Source: Pocillopora damicornis | Lineage: Eukaryota | Length of the DNA stretch: 64,000 nucleotides | Direction of reading: 5' to 3' | Assembly: GCF_003704095.1 (NCBI RefSeq) | Contig: NW_020845948.1 | Span: 1-64,000, forward strand | Part shown: positions 49,901 to 62,727 of the stretch, piece after piece | How positions within the stretch are numbered: position 1 is the stretch's first letter | Layout: every line of letters starts with the position of its first letter | The notes under the pieces: model-generated | What the model was told of the DNA's origin: nothing | The model's database searches: none | Seen by the model: the letters and a program-made list of their open reading frames with translations, nothing else | Position numbers and translations under genes: made by a program

Positions 49901-52900
49901 TCACAAAGACAGGATCACATTGCTTGGAATCACTCTTTAGCCCCACTTTTATTTTTTAATATGTACTTAGAAACTTACTGACCTTCATTGTTCACCATAT
50001 CTGCGGCAACATTCAACACAGATGCTGACTGGTTGTCATCGCTGCCCTGGGACCCACTAATCTGAGTGTTTGGCGACACCCCTTTTGACTTCATATCTTG
50101 AACATGGAAAACGAGCTTTATAGGCCGGCTACTGGAATTCGGCAAAGTGATCAGAGCTGGTGAATTCACGTGATGAAGATCAGAGTCATGTGAGCTGGCA
50201 TCGAGGCTGTTGACAACAGGCGACTGAATCGCAGTATTTGACTCAGTTGACTGACCATTGTTAGGTTTTGTGCCCGATGTAAGCATCGATTGTTCAGTTT
50301 TCTGACTTCCTGAGGCCGCAGATGTTGGAGGGTGGCTGACTAATGCTGTTACTGTTTGTTGTAAAGGTCCGGGTGTGTAATGTGTTTGAGGGATAGATGG
50401 GGAATTCTTGACAGGATTCATTTTCGCCCCAGGTGTAATCATTTCTGTTAAAGTTAGTCGCGGTCGCATATTCGACGAAAAGGGTATTTTCTCAGCTTGA
50501 ATCTCACCAGGTATAAGTTTCCCTTGAGAGCTTGATGCCTTTGGACTGGAAGCTATATTTACAACTTGGTCCACATCATTGCTTGAATTAGAGCTTGTGC
50601 TGACCGAGCCTGTCGGAGCATTCTCTTTTGATTTAGATTGTTGCATTGTTTTCTCTTGATTTGACAGGTTGTCATAATTTAATATGGCAGATTGTGAAGT
50701 ATTTACCTTTATCTGGTTTATTGTTTTGTTATTCTTCAATAAGGAATCTCCTGATGTTTGCATCCTACCTTTTGTTTGATCTTCATTCTCATCACTGCCA
50801 TGCCTTTCTTTTGAAAGTGAATCAGGAGGAGTCCCTAGCCGGATGCTCGCCGTTGACTGGTTCTTTTTTTCGTCATTGCGAAGAGACGAATTAGCGCTAC
50901 CCTTAAATAAATCAAGAGCAGGTTTGTTATTTGATGCAGTAAATGTATTCGTCTCGTTGGGATTATTATTGAGGGCCACACCTGATGTATAGAACGATTT
51001 TCCGTCTTCTCCCTGATGATCCTCGGTTATATTGATTACAAAAGCTTCATTTGATTTTGTAGAGGGTTTTGAATAACTTTTTCCATTGACGTCGTTTGGT
51101 GCCACTTTGTTTGAGGTTCCAAATGTTACCTTTCCTGGTGGAGGAGTCCCTCCTGACAACTCTTCGTCATCTGCAGGCTCTTCATTCTGTATCATATCGT
51201 CTTCTTGCTTCATCATAGACTGGATGGCTGCCTGCTGATACTCATCCCCTTCCGCGATATCGTCGCTATCGCTGGCTTCCGTGGAGATTGTTCCGTTGCC
51301 GTCTTCCTCACTCTTTGTCAGCATGTCATCGTCCTGGATCACCAGGGATTGGAACCTAGCCGCCTGTTTACTGTCATCGTCTCCCCCATCTCTAATCGGA
51401 GAGGTCATACCATTACTAGATGACGTCGGTGTATTGTCTGGCGACGTCATGCCATGAGTGGGTGAGGTATGGTTCGTATTCCCCTTGTCATGATCTAGCT
51501 GTATTAGGCTTTCTGCTCCTTTTTGCCAGTTGGCGCCGTCTTCTGCTCCAGGAACTACGTGGTAACTAGCAGTTTCCTTATTTTCATTCAATACCACATT
51601 GTTAAGGGTGTCATGAAATAGATATTGTTTCAAAAGAGCATTGTTATTCAACACCTTTTGCTCTTCTCGAACTTCATTCAAATCAGGGTGACCAGCAGGT
51701 TTGCCTTGCTCACCACCACCCCTCAAAGCATTTATTGGTGATTCAGGCTCCACACGACCCCTTGTTGAGGAATCTGCGTCCTGTGGTCTTAATGGCACTA
51801 CATGAGTAGATTTCCTTTTAGTCGACTGATTAGCTCGTTCGAACCAGTGAAGATCGTTCTAAAACAGATTAATTATGGACAAGGTTTGCACGTGAAACAC
51901 AAATAATTCAGTTTAAACTTCGTAAGTTATGAGGTACACTTATTTTCATTATAATCTTCGGAATAATCTCATTTTTTTAAGTTCTCTCAAGATATTATGT
52001 AAAGGATTGTATACATTGCGAACGCCTTTTTGCAAATAGTACTAAAACGACGGAAGTTATCGTTTTGGGTCGAAAAGGACGATTTATGTGATAAGCTGAA
52101 TTGTATAAGCATTCTGATTCATTCTTATTCATGATAAATTAGAGTACAAACGCATAGATGAGGTAACCATCAGCAGCAGTTCGCTTTTTTATCATATATA
52201 ACAGATAGATTCCGCATTTCCGTGGATCGGTTTAGCAATAGGTTACAGATGACCTCAAAATGTGGTAAGATCATCAGTGACACACTGGGCTGCGCCTCGT
52301 GCGCCACTTTCTTGTTCTTACCATATTTTGACGTCATCTGTGATCCACTAAACAAACGCACGCTAACATAGAATCTTTTTTTTTTTAATAGAAGACCCGA
52401 CGTACCATCTTGGGAGATCCAATATTTGTTTCATCAACTTCTATATTCGGACTCACAACACCATCAGAATCCATCCACACCACATAATACTTTGAGCCGA
52501 ATATTTCGCTCTGACCACAGCCGGCCTTTTTGGCCTTCTTCCAAACGATTTGCGTAAAATCGTGAAGGGTTTTTCCGGTCTTTGATCGACCAGAAGCAAA
52601 GTCAAAATCTCTTTCCTTATCGTGCCAATGTTTGATCACGTTTGTAAAATTCTGAAGTTCATCTTTTACGTCCCATTCGATTAGCTGCCCGTATTTCCTG
52701 CGAGATTTCATGTCATACCCGAATTTTCCTCCGTCTGCCCATCTCTGAGCCTTGTTAGCAAGATACTGGGAGAACTTTACTCCCTTTGCATTATGGTTCA
52801 ATCGGTATTTGTTGATAACCTCGATGCACTCTCTCTGGCAAGCTGAATTACAACCTACAGCATTAGAAGAGAAACTTGTCTTAACCCTTTACACCCTAAC

Positions 52901-53842
52901 ATTAGAATACATATTCTCCCTACTGTTCTCTCTACACTGCTATCATACTGAAGAGGAGAATTTGTTTAATAATCGAGAGCTTCATAAGTTGGCGATAGTC
53001 TCCTTTACTCTCATGACAGTAATGCTTGACTCAGGGGTAATATTACAAGAGGAAATTTCATGGTAGTCACATTTTAGACGCAGTGCAACGATTTTGTAGA
53101 AACATTATTCGTGATAGTCCCTTAAAAAAATTGCAAAAGAGATACGATGAAGGAGCCACGGTTCCAAACGATTTATCTTTACGAGTTTGTTGCCTCAGCC
53201 CTAAATGATATCAGTGATTTTGATGAAAATGATGGTGATAGTGATATTTGCCATGCAATTAAAGAGTCCTGCTAACACTGAGTTGAGGGAGTACCAAAAT
53301 TTTCTTGGATCATACGAGACCATGTATATGATTTCCAAACATATGCAACGTCTTCAAGTTGCCCAAGTGAAACTCACCTCTAGTTGAGCCATATGGTTCA
53401 TTATCTAAATAACAATAAAAGTAATAATAATAATAATAATAATAACTAAGTAATAGCCTTCATGCGTGGTATATTTGATTCATCCATATAACTAACTCAC
53501 CTCTAGTTGAGCCATATGGTTCATCATCTAAATAACAATAATAATAATAAAAAAAAACTCAATAATAGCCTTCACGCGTGGTATATTTGATTCGTCCATA
53601 CAACTAACTAAAAGTCACAATGATCAGAACGTTTGCCCAACTGTTTCAAAAAGCTAAATTGGCAATAGAATTATCACAATATCCACAGGTAGTATGTAAA
53701 TAGTTATTGCATTTTTTTAGTGGGAATATATAGAACAATTTACGCGCCCTAAGTTTTACCGTGAGACTCTTTAAAGTGCTGATGCAAGTGTGCTAACTAA
53801 GAGAGAGATAAAAGAAGTCCAACACGATAATCGGATGCTCAT
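43956..53842 (-). CDS. Large secreted protein with N- and C-terminal CAP domains and a ~1000-aa S/T/N/D-rich spacer (~1380 aa). The first exon has an apparent 1-nt frameshift, and the locus could be two genes.
   Basis: Exons 53760-53842, 53501-53527, 53378-53404, 52406-52854 (CAP1), 49983-51858, 48800-48862, 46620-47678, 46020-46076, 45176-45474 plus 44090-44233 (CAP2: HNRYRLNH, KHS, GET, WHDE, HFTQVVWKG..LGCG), and 43956-44018. Phases chain after exon 1. Confidence 0.72.
44612..45041. mobile_element. Tc1/mariner (pogo/Tigger-like) MITE in an intron
   Basis: TA-flanked inverted ends tacagtccaacttgtaca and tatacaggtttgactgta, with internal tattaagcgg repeats. Confidence 0.75.
47205..47545 (-). 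repeat. Coding tandem repeat, 3 x ~40 aa (120-bp period)
   Basis: NDQLHLTPQFDDQTINITPLKAKVSL / NDQPRLTPQFDMQTINITPLKARISL / NDQPKLKQQFDMQNIEITPLKPKISL. Confidence 0.9.
52200..52378. mobile_element. Palindromic MITE, same family as 15896-16084
   Basis: Shared core caaaatgtggtaaga...tcttaccatattttgacgtcatctgtgatc. Confidence 0.75.
53371..53610 (-). repeat. Tandem ~123-bp duplication that includes a 27-nt micro-exon
   Basis: Two near-identical units aactcacctctagttgagccatatggttca...taatagccttca(t/c)gcgtggtatatttgattc. Confidence 0.9.
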
Positions 53843-55760
53843 GAATACTCGATGAAGCTGATTGTGGCTTTATTTTAAATTCAAGTTCTTTCGTTATAAC
53901 AATTTGGCATATTTCCAATCGCCCTCCGGCCGTGAACACAAGCTAAGCGGAAGTTACGGAAGTGCAAGTAAAAGGAAATACAAAAAAGTTAATTAGTGCG
54001 CGGATTATTTTGTTGTGACTACTATAGAGTCGCAGATACCTGTTGCGGTAGCGTGCTGTATTATAAGGTAAAGCAGGGCGGACGAGACAATCTTTGACAT
54101 CATGTCTACCAGAGAAGCATCCAATTAACATCCTAAACCTGTGAAACAGAGCATAAAGAGGTAATCAGTGTTATGAGATATCTTCGAGGCAGTTTTGATG
54201 CTACATTTGAGAACTTAGCGGACAAACATTTTATCTGTGATTTAAGTCAGTTACCTACCATTTTTTCCAATTTATTCTCTTTTAGAAACCAGTGCTGTTC
54301 TTACGAGGTGAATACATTACAGGACGGTAACGAAAAAACGATTCCAGTCAATTTTTCTTCTTGTAACAGTAAACAAGGTCTTCCTTAAAAGAAAAAGCCC
54401 TGTTTCCAGTTCAGTAATTGCCAGTCATTATTAATTCATAACCAACAGGTCAGGTCCTGAAAAGGTTCACAGCCGTTTTGCTAAACCAGTCACTAACTAG
54501 GTGATAAGTGTTGAGTTGCATGACCGAGTAGTCTTTTCACACTGTCATAATTCTCACCTTTTATCAAGTCTTATTGACAAATAACGTTCGCAGCCATTAT
54601 CCATGTTCGACAGATTGAGAGTCAGCCAGGAAAACTGGGTCTGGTACACGAAATCGAGGCTTACTGACAAACGCTTTGCCTCGAGGAGAAAAAGGATTAG
54701 ACCAATGTTTTCTGATGAACATATTCCTTTTTTATCTTTTCTTTATGAAGTTTTATCGACGCCGACTAAAACAATTTCGATAGAAACTGATAATGAAATG
54801 ACAAAAAGGAAATGAAAAGAAAGTCAGGCGATCAAGTGAGGTTAAGGGAACATCTGCAACAGAAACTTCGAACGACGCATTTTTTTGATTGCTTTAAATC
54901 ATTTTATAATTTAATTAACTTTCTCTGCCCATTACGAAAGTTGTTAAGCAGAGTGACGTGCTGAAACGAACTGATCTGGGGAGTAAGTTGGGTGATAAAT
55001 TTAAGTGTTCCAATGGTAGGATTTAATTGAGAGGCTTTCAGTCGCTGAAAGAACATGAAGTGCCACTTGTTTCCAGTACCCTCTTGTTTGGAGTGATTAT
55101 TGCAAACACTAGACAGAACTCCAAAAGTAGTTTCGCCATCATGCTGAGCAATGGACTTGGAAGGTGAATACTCGAGGCTCGATCATGTAAAAAATAGAAA
55201 TAATATATTTTTTTTGTTTAGTGACAAAATAAAAAAATGGGTCATCTTTTGGTATACCTTAATTTCAATAGTTTCTGGTACCGTTCCCAGTGGAGACCTG
55301 TTTACACGACGTCAACTTCAAAAGCGGAACATGTTCAAGGGGCGTTAACTTGTCGAGTGTTTTATCCCTTCTTTTGAAACAACCAATGATGTCACTCTCC
55401 TTGACATTTGAATTTCCTGTCAAGAACATTTCACCAGTGTTGCGACTCGGGTCTGGCAGGGATGAAAATTTAATTGAAAAACCAAGTGAATAATCTGGCG
55501 TCACAATGATAGAGATACCCTTTAGTCAAAAATATGGTGAAATTTCAGAATAGTGACGGGTTTTCTATCGATGGTGCGTGCTGTAAAGTACGAGAATCTG
55601 CTACATGTGTGACAACGGCGTTATGGAATACTCGGAAACGTCGAATCACACTTGACAAGTTATAATTGAAATCTCGACACACACACAAAACATTAATTTT
55701 TCGCGATTTACAAGAAGAAATCAGAGGTATCGAAGTGATGTGGTTGTTTTAAAGAACGCA

Positions 55761-58700
55761 ATGGAATCAATAAGAATCCTTCTTTGCAAAATATGGGCGA
55801 TGGTTCTTTTGACGGCTTGTACTGTCCTGGCCTACAAGGAATTAGGTAATTACTTTGTTACACTTCATATCGTTCATATTGTAACGAGGAGGTCCTATAA
55901 GCCATAAGCGATGTTCCAGGTCAATTAAGATTTGAATGGATCAAGTTCACATCGGCTCCATATCACTTGACACCCACATCAATTGCCGGCTTCAGAACTG
56001 ACTTTCCTCAGTACACTACCTGCTTTCCCCATCACCCCTGTAACTCTCTCGAGTGACCACAACACAGTTTCTCCTTACAATATCATTACAATATCAAACA
56101 GAAAAGTAATGAGAATAAATAAAAATATCAATTAGGGGATTTTAAGTTGATCCGATACCAATTCTCCAAACTAACATCATAAGCATTGTATAACAAGCAC
56201 TAGTGAGATCTGGGGAGTGAAAGGGTTAATTTGATGATAAAGTAAAAACATACTTCCATATTGGTAGAGCATCGGAGCGCGGAATCCGAAGGTCTGAGGT
56301 TCGATTCCTCATGGGGACTCAGAATTTTTTCTTTGTCCCACGCTCGTGACAAGACGAAAAACATCTTTTTTTATACTTCCACATATTCATCATTTTCCCA
56401 CGAACCCTAGCTCCAATTATGCCAATAATTCTTGATTCCGGCTATGATCATGTTGTTTTTTCTGGAATTTAGAGAAAAGGTACAATTTTTTCTCGCTTAA
56501 GATTTTCTTGGGAGCATTTTTAAATTCTATGGAAAATGCGATCATTCTAAACGCAAAGAAGGCTACAAGACAAGTGCCGTCCTAATCTGTTAAGAATGAA
56601 TCAGTTAAAATGAATTCAAAGAACAAAAGTAAGAATTCCTCTAAACAATCAATCCAATGATATTCTCCTCATATGTAATGTTTTATTTTCAACTGGCTTT
56701 AGTCGAAATGCGCTCTGATTTAAAAAGGGAAGGACTTTGCTCATAGTGTCTAATAGTGCTGTACACATGGGAATGTACCCCAATCTCCACTTAACTATAT
56801 TCCTTTTTCTTGGTAACCACCGAACGATCCTAGAAGAGCGGAACTCGTGCCAGAAACATTTCATTTTTTTCTACACTGCAGATATTCCAGGAAACACGAG
56901 ACAATTCATTGCTACGGTGAATAATAACTGTCGAGACTTTAATGGGGTGCTGACAAAATGTCACAAGTGGAAAGATATGGGTTTCTGCTTCAAATATCGT
57001 CGACAAATGCAGCACGTTTGTAACAAAACTTGCCAGTACTGTGGTAAGTATTATAATTCTCCCATTGGATCATTACTAATCACGAATATCTAATTTCCAA
57101 TTGGAAATGGAAAATCGAGGCAGTTTTGAGGCCTTTTTTCAGTGCAGCAATTTGGTCCGAATGACATTTTTTAGGTTGTCGAGGCTTCACTATGAAGATT
57201 AGTTATTCAAGTCACAAAACGGGAAATTAAGCTGATACCTAGACATCGCGACCAACCATGCGGTAACCCATTTTAATTAGTGTCTCATACACTTCCATCT
57301 TGCTTGATCTGAAAACGGATCAAACCATTCCTCGAAAAAATATATTGTTCCTACTAGAGTTTGCATTGGGGTATCAAAAAGTATCCGGAATCCTTTTGGT
57401 TTTCTTTTACTTCGCTCTTTGATTGGTCTAAAAAATAATGCTGCCATTTCAGCCAATCATGTTCAGATGCACTCCTTGTTGGTCCCTGTTTTCTCTTATT
57501 TCTCTTTGAATATTTCCCATTGCTCTGTTTGGCCAGTGCGGACAATATCTCACTTTCTTCTTTCTGCTTGCGAGACCTTAAGAAATCTCACAAATACGTC
57601 AGAAGGTATGTTTAGAACCAACTGTATGTTTTAAGTTCCAGGCCAAAAACAATGGCAAGTGATAGATATAAAGGGAGTCTGGGGGCGATTAAAGAAACCA
57701 GTCAATGCGCATGCATCGTCCACAAAGCCACCCAAGAGACCACCGGTGCAAATACTGGGAAAAGAGACAACACCACAAGTGGAAGATGCAGCTAAGGCTA
57801 TAGCAACTCAGCTGGAAGGAGACATGGATTACACTGAATTATCAGGTTTGAGTCAAAATCATGATGCAAGTTTCTAACTGCAGGTAACACGTGATCCAGC
57901 TCTGATGTATCAATCACCAATCTATTACACAAATTCTCACAATGATAAAAAATCTGTAGTTTTTGCTGGCAGCTATTATGTTATGAAAGGATAGTTGTCA
58001 ATTAACCAGCAACTGGTAAAATATACCTGGATAACAAAAAGTTTCCTAACTGTAACTCGCATGTAGGAAGTCACAACCCCACAAAGACTACCATTATAAA
58101 TTGATGTTAAGCTACATCGGTTCATTTTAGGTTACACAAAGGTTCCTGGCTGCTTCATAGAACTGAGCCTATAGTGTATTTTTCTATGTATTTTTATCCA
58201 ACTCAGATATATTTTTCGTTCTTCGCTTGATTTATTTAGCCTCTTCAAACGCTCTTGGTCTGCTTAATAAGGCTCGCATTGGTATTCAAAGTGCAAAGGT
58301 ACCCACGAATGATGAAACAAAGGGAAAAATGTCATTCTCTTCAAACGTTTCCTCAGTAGAACGTGAACAAAAAACACATTCGCCGGATGGTCCTATTATT
58401 AGCGGAAAAACACAGGTAAGTGAACAGCCTGGTAAAGGAACGAATCCTGTTGTGCTGCTAATGGGATATGAACTCGGAGAAAAGTCAAGTCGAAGGGTGT
58501 ATGATGTTCTGAACAACTCTACCAATTTCTTGGCCTCTGATCCAGGAACAAAGAATGATTTAGGTCCTCATGACGCGCTAATTTATGATAAGCTGTTAGC
58601 ACTGAGAGACAATAGTAGCTCTCATACTAAGGCCGCCCAGGAACGTAAATCGCCCAGCAGCAGGATTCCCACAGAAAATAACGTCCCTGAGTCGGACTTA

Positions 58701-60867
58701 AAGGAGATTGAAGGGTTATTAGATAATGCAGCCTCCGTAAACGAGCGCCTCCTGCCAGGTGTTGGTAATCAATACATGCATGAAGAAATGAAAGAAGGTA
58801 ACACAGATACAAATACTTTGAAATTAAACTTGGCTGCACAGAGTCTAGACTCTCATGAGATGAGCACTTTACAAAGCAGAGTGACGCACAGAGACGGAGT
58901 AAAAAACACAGACTCCATCTTGCCTATTAGTTCTGATGACACAACAGGTCAGCAAGCGTTTGAACACATAGCAGTGCATGTACATCCTAACACTTCCGTG
59001 GTTAATTCAACAAGCATGGCTGAAAACTTTGTTAAACTCGATCGTTCAGAGGGAAGCATGCCAATAGACTTGATGTTTGCAGGTAACAAGCATGGCAATA
59101 AAAACAATCCTGTTTTACAGGTTAGTGCACGTTAGAACCACTTCAACCACGGGTCGAAAATAATTCAGAATTGCTTTAGTTTTAGTTTTCTATGCTCTGT
59201 TATTCAGTCTGCAAGACTCGCATTACCTCAACAAAACACAAGAAAACTGAACTAAACCCAATCGCTCCCTGATCACTCGCGTTTTCTCGCCCTTAACAAA
59301 GTTTTCATGTATTTACTCTGTCTCTAGTGTTTCTTTATGGAATTCTCCGCCGTCCTGATTAGCCGTTGCGTTTATTTTGGTTTTGTTCTTACGACAGTCA
59401 GTCGAAAGCAGTCTTGTAAAATGCCCCCAACTGTGTGCGACACGCAAAACAATAGTGTGGACAAATCGTGCCTCAGGGCCCACCTTTCCTTTAGTCATAA
59501 AGTCGTTTATGTCAGTAGCTCTGAGAACGACATTGTAAAACCCATTTCAGACTCTTCCTCAGTTAAGCCCCTTTTTTCGATCTTGGAGTTGTCCCTCACA
59601 TGCTTATCGCATAAAACTATACTGAAGCACCCCAATGCCTCCTAGGCTAACCATCTATACGTTTGCTGAAGGAGTAAGCTCTTGATTACTGATAGAGAGA
59701 TGAATCACTTTATCGGTGCGCCAATAATTTTTTTTACCTGCCACGATAAGTACTCCAACATTTAAGGTGCTGCTTCTGTTTTGTTCGAACTTAATGGTAA
59801 TGACCCCTAGAATTCAGCGAGAAACACTACGAATAGTTGACAAAACAGGTCCTTTTTTTCTTTAACAGATGAATTTATCGTTTCGCAACAAGCCTCGCGT
59901 CTCGGAATCATCGGGGAAACAAGTCACACTTACCATCAACGAGCGGCCAGGAACTGGTAAAGCTATTTTCAAGGTGAAAAACTCCCGTCATGCTACCGGA
60001 GTGAGTTACACTACAGAGGACCGTCCGGGAGGCTTGCCCTCGCCCACTTATCTACTCCAGACTGAAAACGAAGAGGCCCGAGCTAAGGCAGAGGAAGAGG
60101 AAGCTAAAATCAGAGCGGCCACGAGCGCCATTAAAAATGTGATTAAGTTGTTTGATCGAGACAGCACTCATCACAGCCATACCAGACTCGTTCAAGAGGC
60201 CACTCAGGATTTTCCAGCCGATGCCAAGTCTATGGAGGACAGTCGCGAGTTGGCGGCAGATATGGGTGCAAGCGAACATCACGCGGAAGTTGCACATGCA
60301 CAAAATCTGGACCGCGCTCGAGCTAGCGCCGAGGCCCTTTCGCAACAAAATGTTCCTTATCTAAGTTCTAGTAAGACGGGTCCTGAGTCACCACCGCCAA
60401 ACTATGCCGTTGTTAGCATGAGCGATTCAAAGGACTGGAAAAGTCTAGCTCACACGCTTGCCACTCAGCTGAAAAGTGTTCTAAATCATATGGAGGATAG
60501 AGAAAAAGAGAACCGTAATGAAAAGGAGAGGATTCAAGAAGAGATGATGCTTATGGCTCAACGAAAAATGATGGGTATTGGCCGAGAGGACGATGAGGGC
60601 CCAGATGATGACGATGACGACGATGACGACGAAATGAGCAATATGGATGAAATGGAGAAACGACGTCATTCTGTGTCCATTCCCCAAGAGAGAACAACGA
60701 TTAGAAACTTACCGCGAAACAGCAGATTGACTGACCAGAAATCCTATCAGGAAAAGCCAAGAAGAAAATCGAATGGACTTCATTTAGCTCACAGAGCTGC
60801 GAAGATATTATCACGACTGGAAATACGCTATAAATCGAAGAGGCAGAAACGAAGGCTAACCTCATAA
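55761..60867 (+). CDS. Secreted protein with one ShKT domain and a long low-complexity tail (acidic tract, basic C-terminus), ~778 aa
   Basis: Exons 55761-55845 (signal MESIRILLCKIWAMVLLTACTVLA), 56882-57043 (CRDFNGVLTKCHKWKDMGFC...CNKTCQYC), 57636-57845, 58240-59120 and 59869-60867; 2337 nt in frame. Confidence 0.85.
56259..56372 (+). mobile_element. tRNA-derived SINE with target-site duplication
   Basis: A-box-like tggtagagc, B-box ggttcgattcc, T-rich tail. Flanked by atacttcca at 56250-56258 and 56373-56381. Confidence 0.8.
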
Positions 60868-61339
60868 AAGAGGTGACTTAGGGAAGAAATTACCCATTGT
60901 TTTCTCTCTGAAAGAAACCTCGTCAAATTTAAAAATATCTTGTGGTAATACAAGGCAGAAAAAAGACATCATTTTTGGACCAAACCAAAAGAAAAAGGTT
61001 AAAACTAAGTCGGTAAGCCGGATGAAGACTTAAAGCATATGACGAAACATGCGTAGATCAAATACCGGTTATTCCTTTCCTACTTTAAGAGTTCCTATGC
61101 TCCAAGGAAGAGCCTTTTACTTCTGTGTCTGAAATATCTCTCCCTATTCTCACCACCTTTGTACAAGTATAGCGCCATTGAGGCACAACTTCTTTGATTC
61201 TCCACACCTTTTATAAGTAGCGCCACTGAGGCACAACTCCCGTATTCTCTATCAAAGACTAATACAGAAAACTAATAAGGAGATAAAAATTCTCTTCTTG
61301 AAAGGACTTATAACGACGACAGGTTGTTTTGTTGGTTTA

Positions 61340-61455
61340 ATATTTTCCAAGTTATAGGTCACGTTGTTTGGGAGGCTTACTGACTTGAACTTCCAAGGCA
61401 AACCCAGCTGATAATGGCCATTCATGAGTTTCACAGAACTTTCCAAAAGGTCACT
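61340..61455 (-). mobile_element. BEL/Pao LTR-retrotransposon pol fragment
   Basis: LESSVKLMNGHYQLGLPWKFKSVSLPNN matches the BEL/Pao pre-RT motif GxYxxxLPWK...LPNN. Confidence 0.7.
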
Positions 61456-62727
61456 TAGGATTGACTTACAGATCTGTATAGAGCAACTGATCAAGATGTG
61501 ACATGCGAGGTGGAACAGTGAGTGGTGCGTTTTCAGTTACTTTTCTTCATCATAGTATTCAATTAAGAAGAACTGTACAACATTCCAATCATCATACCGT
61601 GTGATCATGTTTATGTTTAAAATGAAAGAAAATAAAAGAAGAGAGACGCAGAAATTGAAATTGTGTTTTAAAAAATTTGTGTGCTGTATTTAAGCGGGTT
61701 AAAGCAACTGCCTTCTAATACAGACAGGGTACACGTCTTTCGCATGGAGCAGGTGAATGAGATCCGTCAAACCGTAAAACCTAACTTGATATTACGAGCC
61801 TGCTATAGACGAGGATAAAACAAAGATAAAGTTAAATGCTCTCAGTGACAAATAAATAAATAAATATGAGCCTTCCGATACAAGACATCATGTGTGATGA
61901 TACCCAGTTCTTCTGTCTCTGTACTTCGAAGTGCTATCAGGAAGAAAGGAAATATAATTTACCAAAATTTATCGTCTGATTTCTCGGTATCGGGTGATCA
62001 GATCTTATGAACAACGGTGAAATGTGAAATTATTAACGAAATGGTCAGTGTATTAGGGAATGTTCAGATGTGGAAAAAGAAAGGAAGGTAAAAGGGTTAT
62101 TTTCACCAGAATAGACGTACTGCTTCACTCCGTGAAATGATCGAAATGAAACTGCTTCCCTCTTTTGTCAATTTAACTCAAGCATGAAATTACCAACTTT
62201 GGATCGAAGGTATTAATAAATGGATAGAGGAACAATTAAAGAGTGAAACAGAAGGGATAATCAACCCCACCCCCTTTTCGATTCCCATCCCAACTTTTCA
62301 GAGAGGAAGCAATCGAATTTCCATAAGTCATGTCTAATTAGTAACCATTGTTAGCCATACTGCACCTGTGTGAGGCTGTCACGATCCGCGCGCCGAGAAC
62401 TTTGGGCATGTCTTGCATTTGCGTGCAAGGAGTCGAGGAAAGGAGCCGCTTGCTTTTTTAAGGTTTTCAACTCAAGCAGGTCGTAGCCTATTTGAAAATT
62501 CTGACACCCATCTAGTTTTATTTCTTCTTGTCTCTTGTCTTTACTTCACTCTTCAACTGACACACGTTTCCTCTGGAAATTCAATGGGACAAAAAAACCC
62601 TTTGATAAGCTGAATTTCCTTGCGTGACAGTTAAGCAATCAGTTGTACTTCCGGTCTTCTATCTGCAAAGGACGATGGTCTGAACAAGGAGTAATTCCTC
62701 GCAAATCTCCGGAAAAATCAATTAGTG

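Noticed and set aside
56261-56315. tRNA gene
   Set aside because: No acceptor stem or full cloverleaf; a SINE body, tail and target-site duplication are present.
26600-59750. Recurrent CAGGTA motifs around the secreted genes as a shared regulatory code
   Set aside because: The count seen by eye is not clearly above chance for a 6-mer, and it overlaps the splice-donor consensus.
61150-61240. Two ~21-nt direct repeats (tagcgcca.tgaggcacaact) resembling a CRISPR unit
   Set aside because: Only two copies, eukaryotic context, and the intervening sequences are also similar; a simple local tandem duplication.
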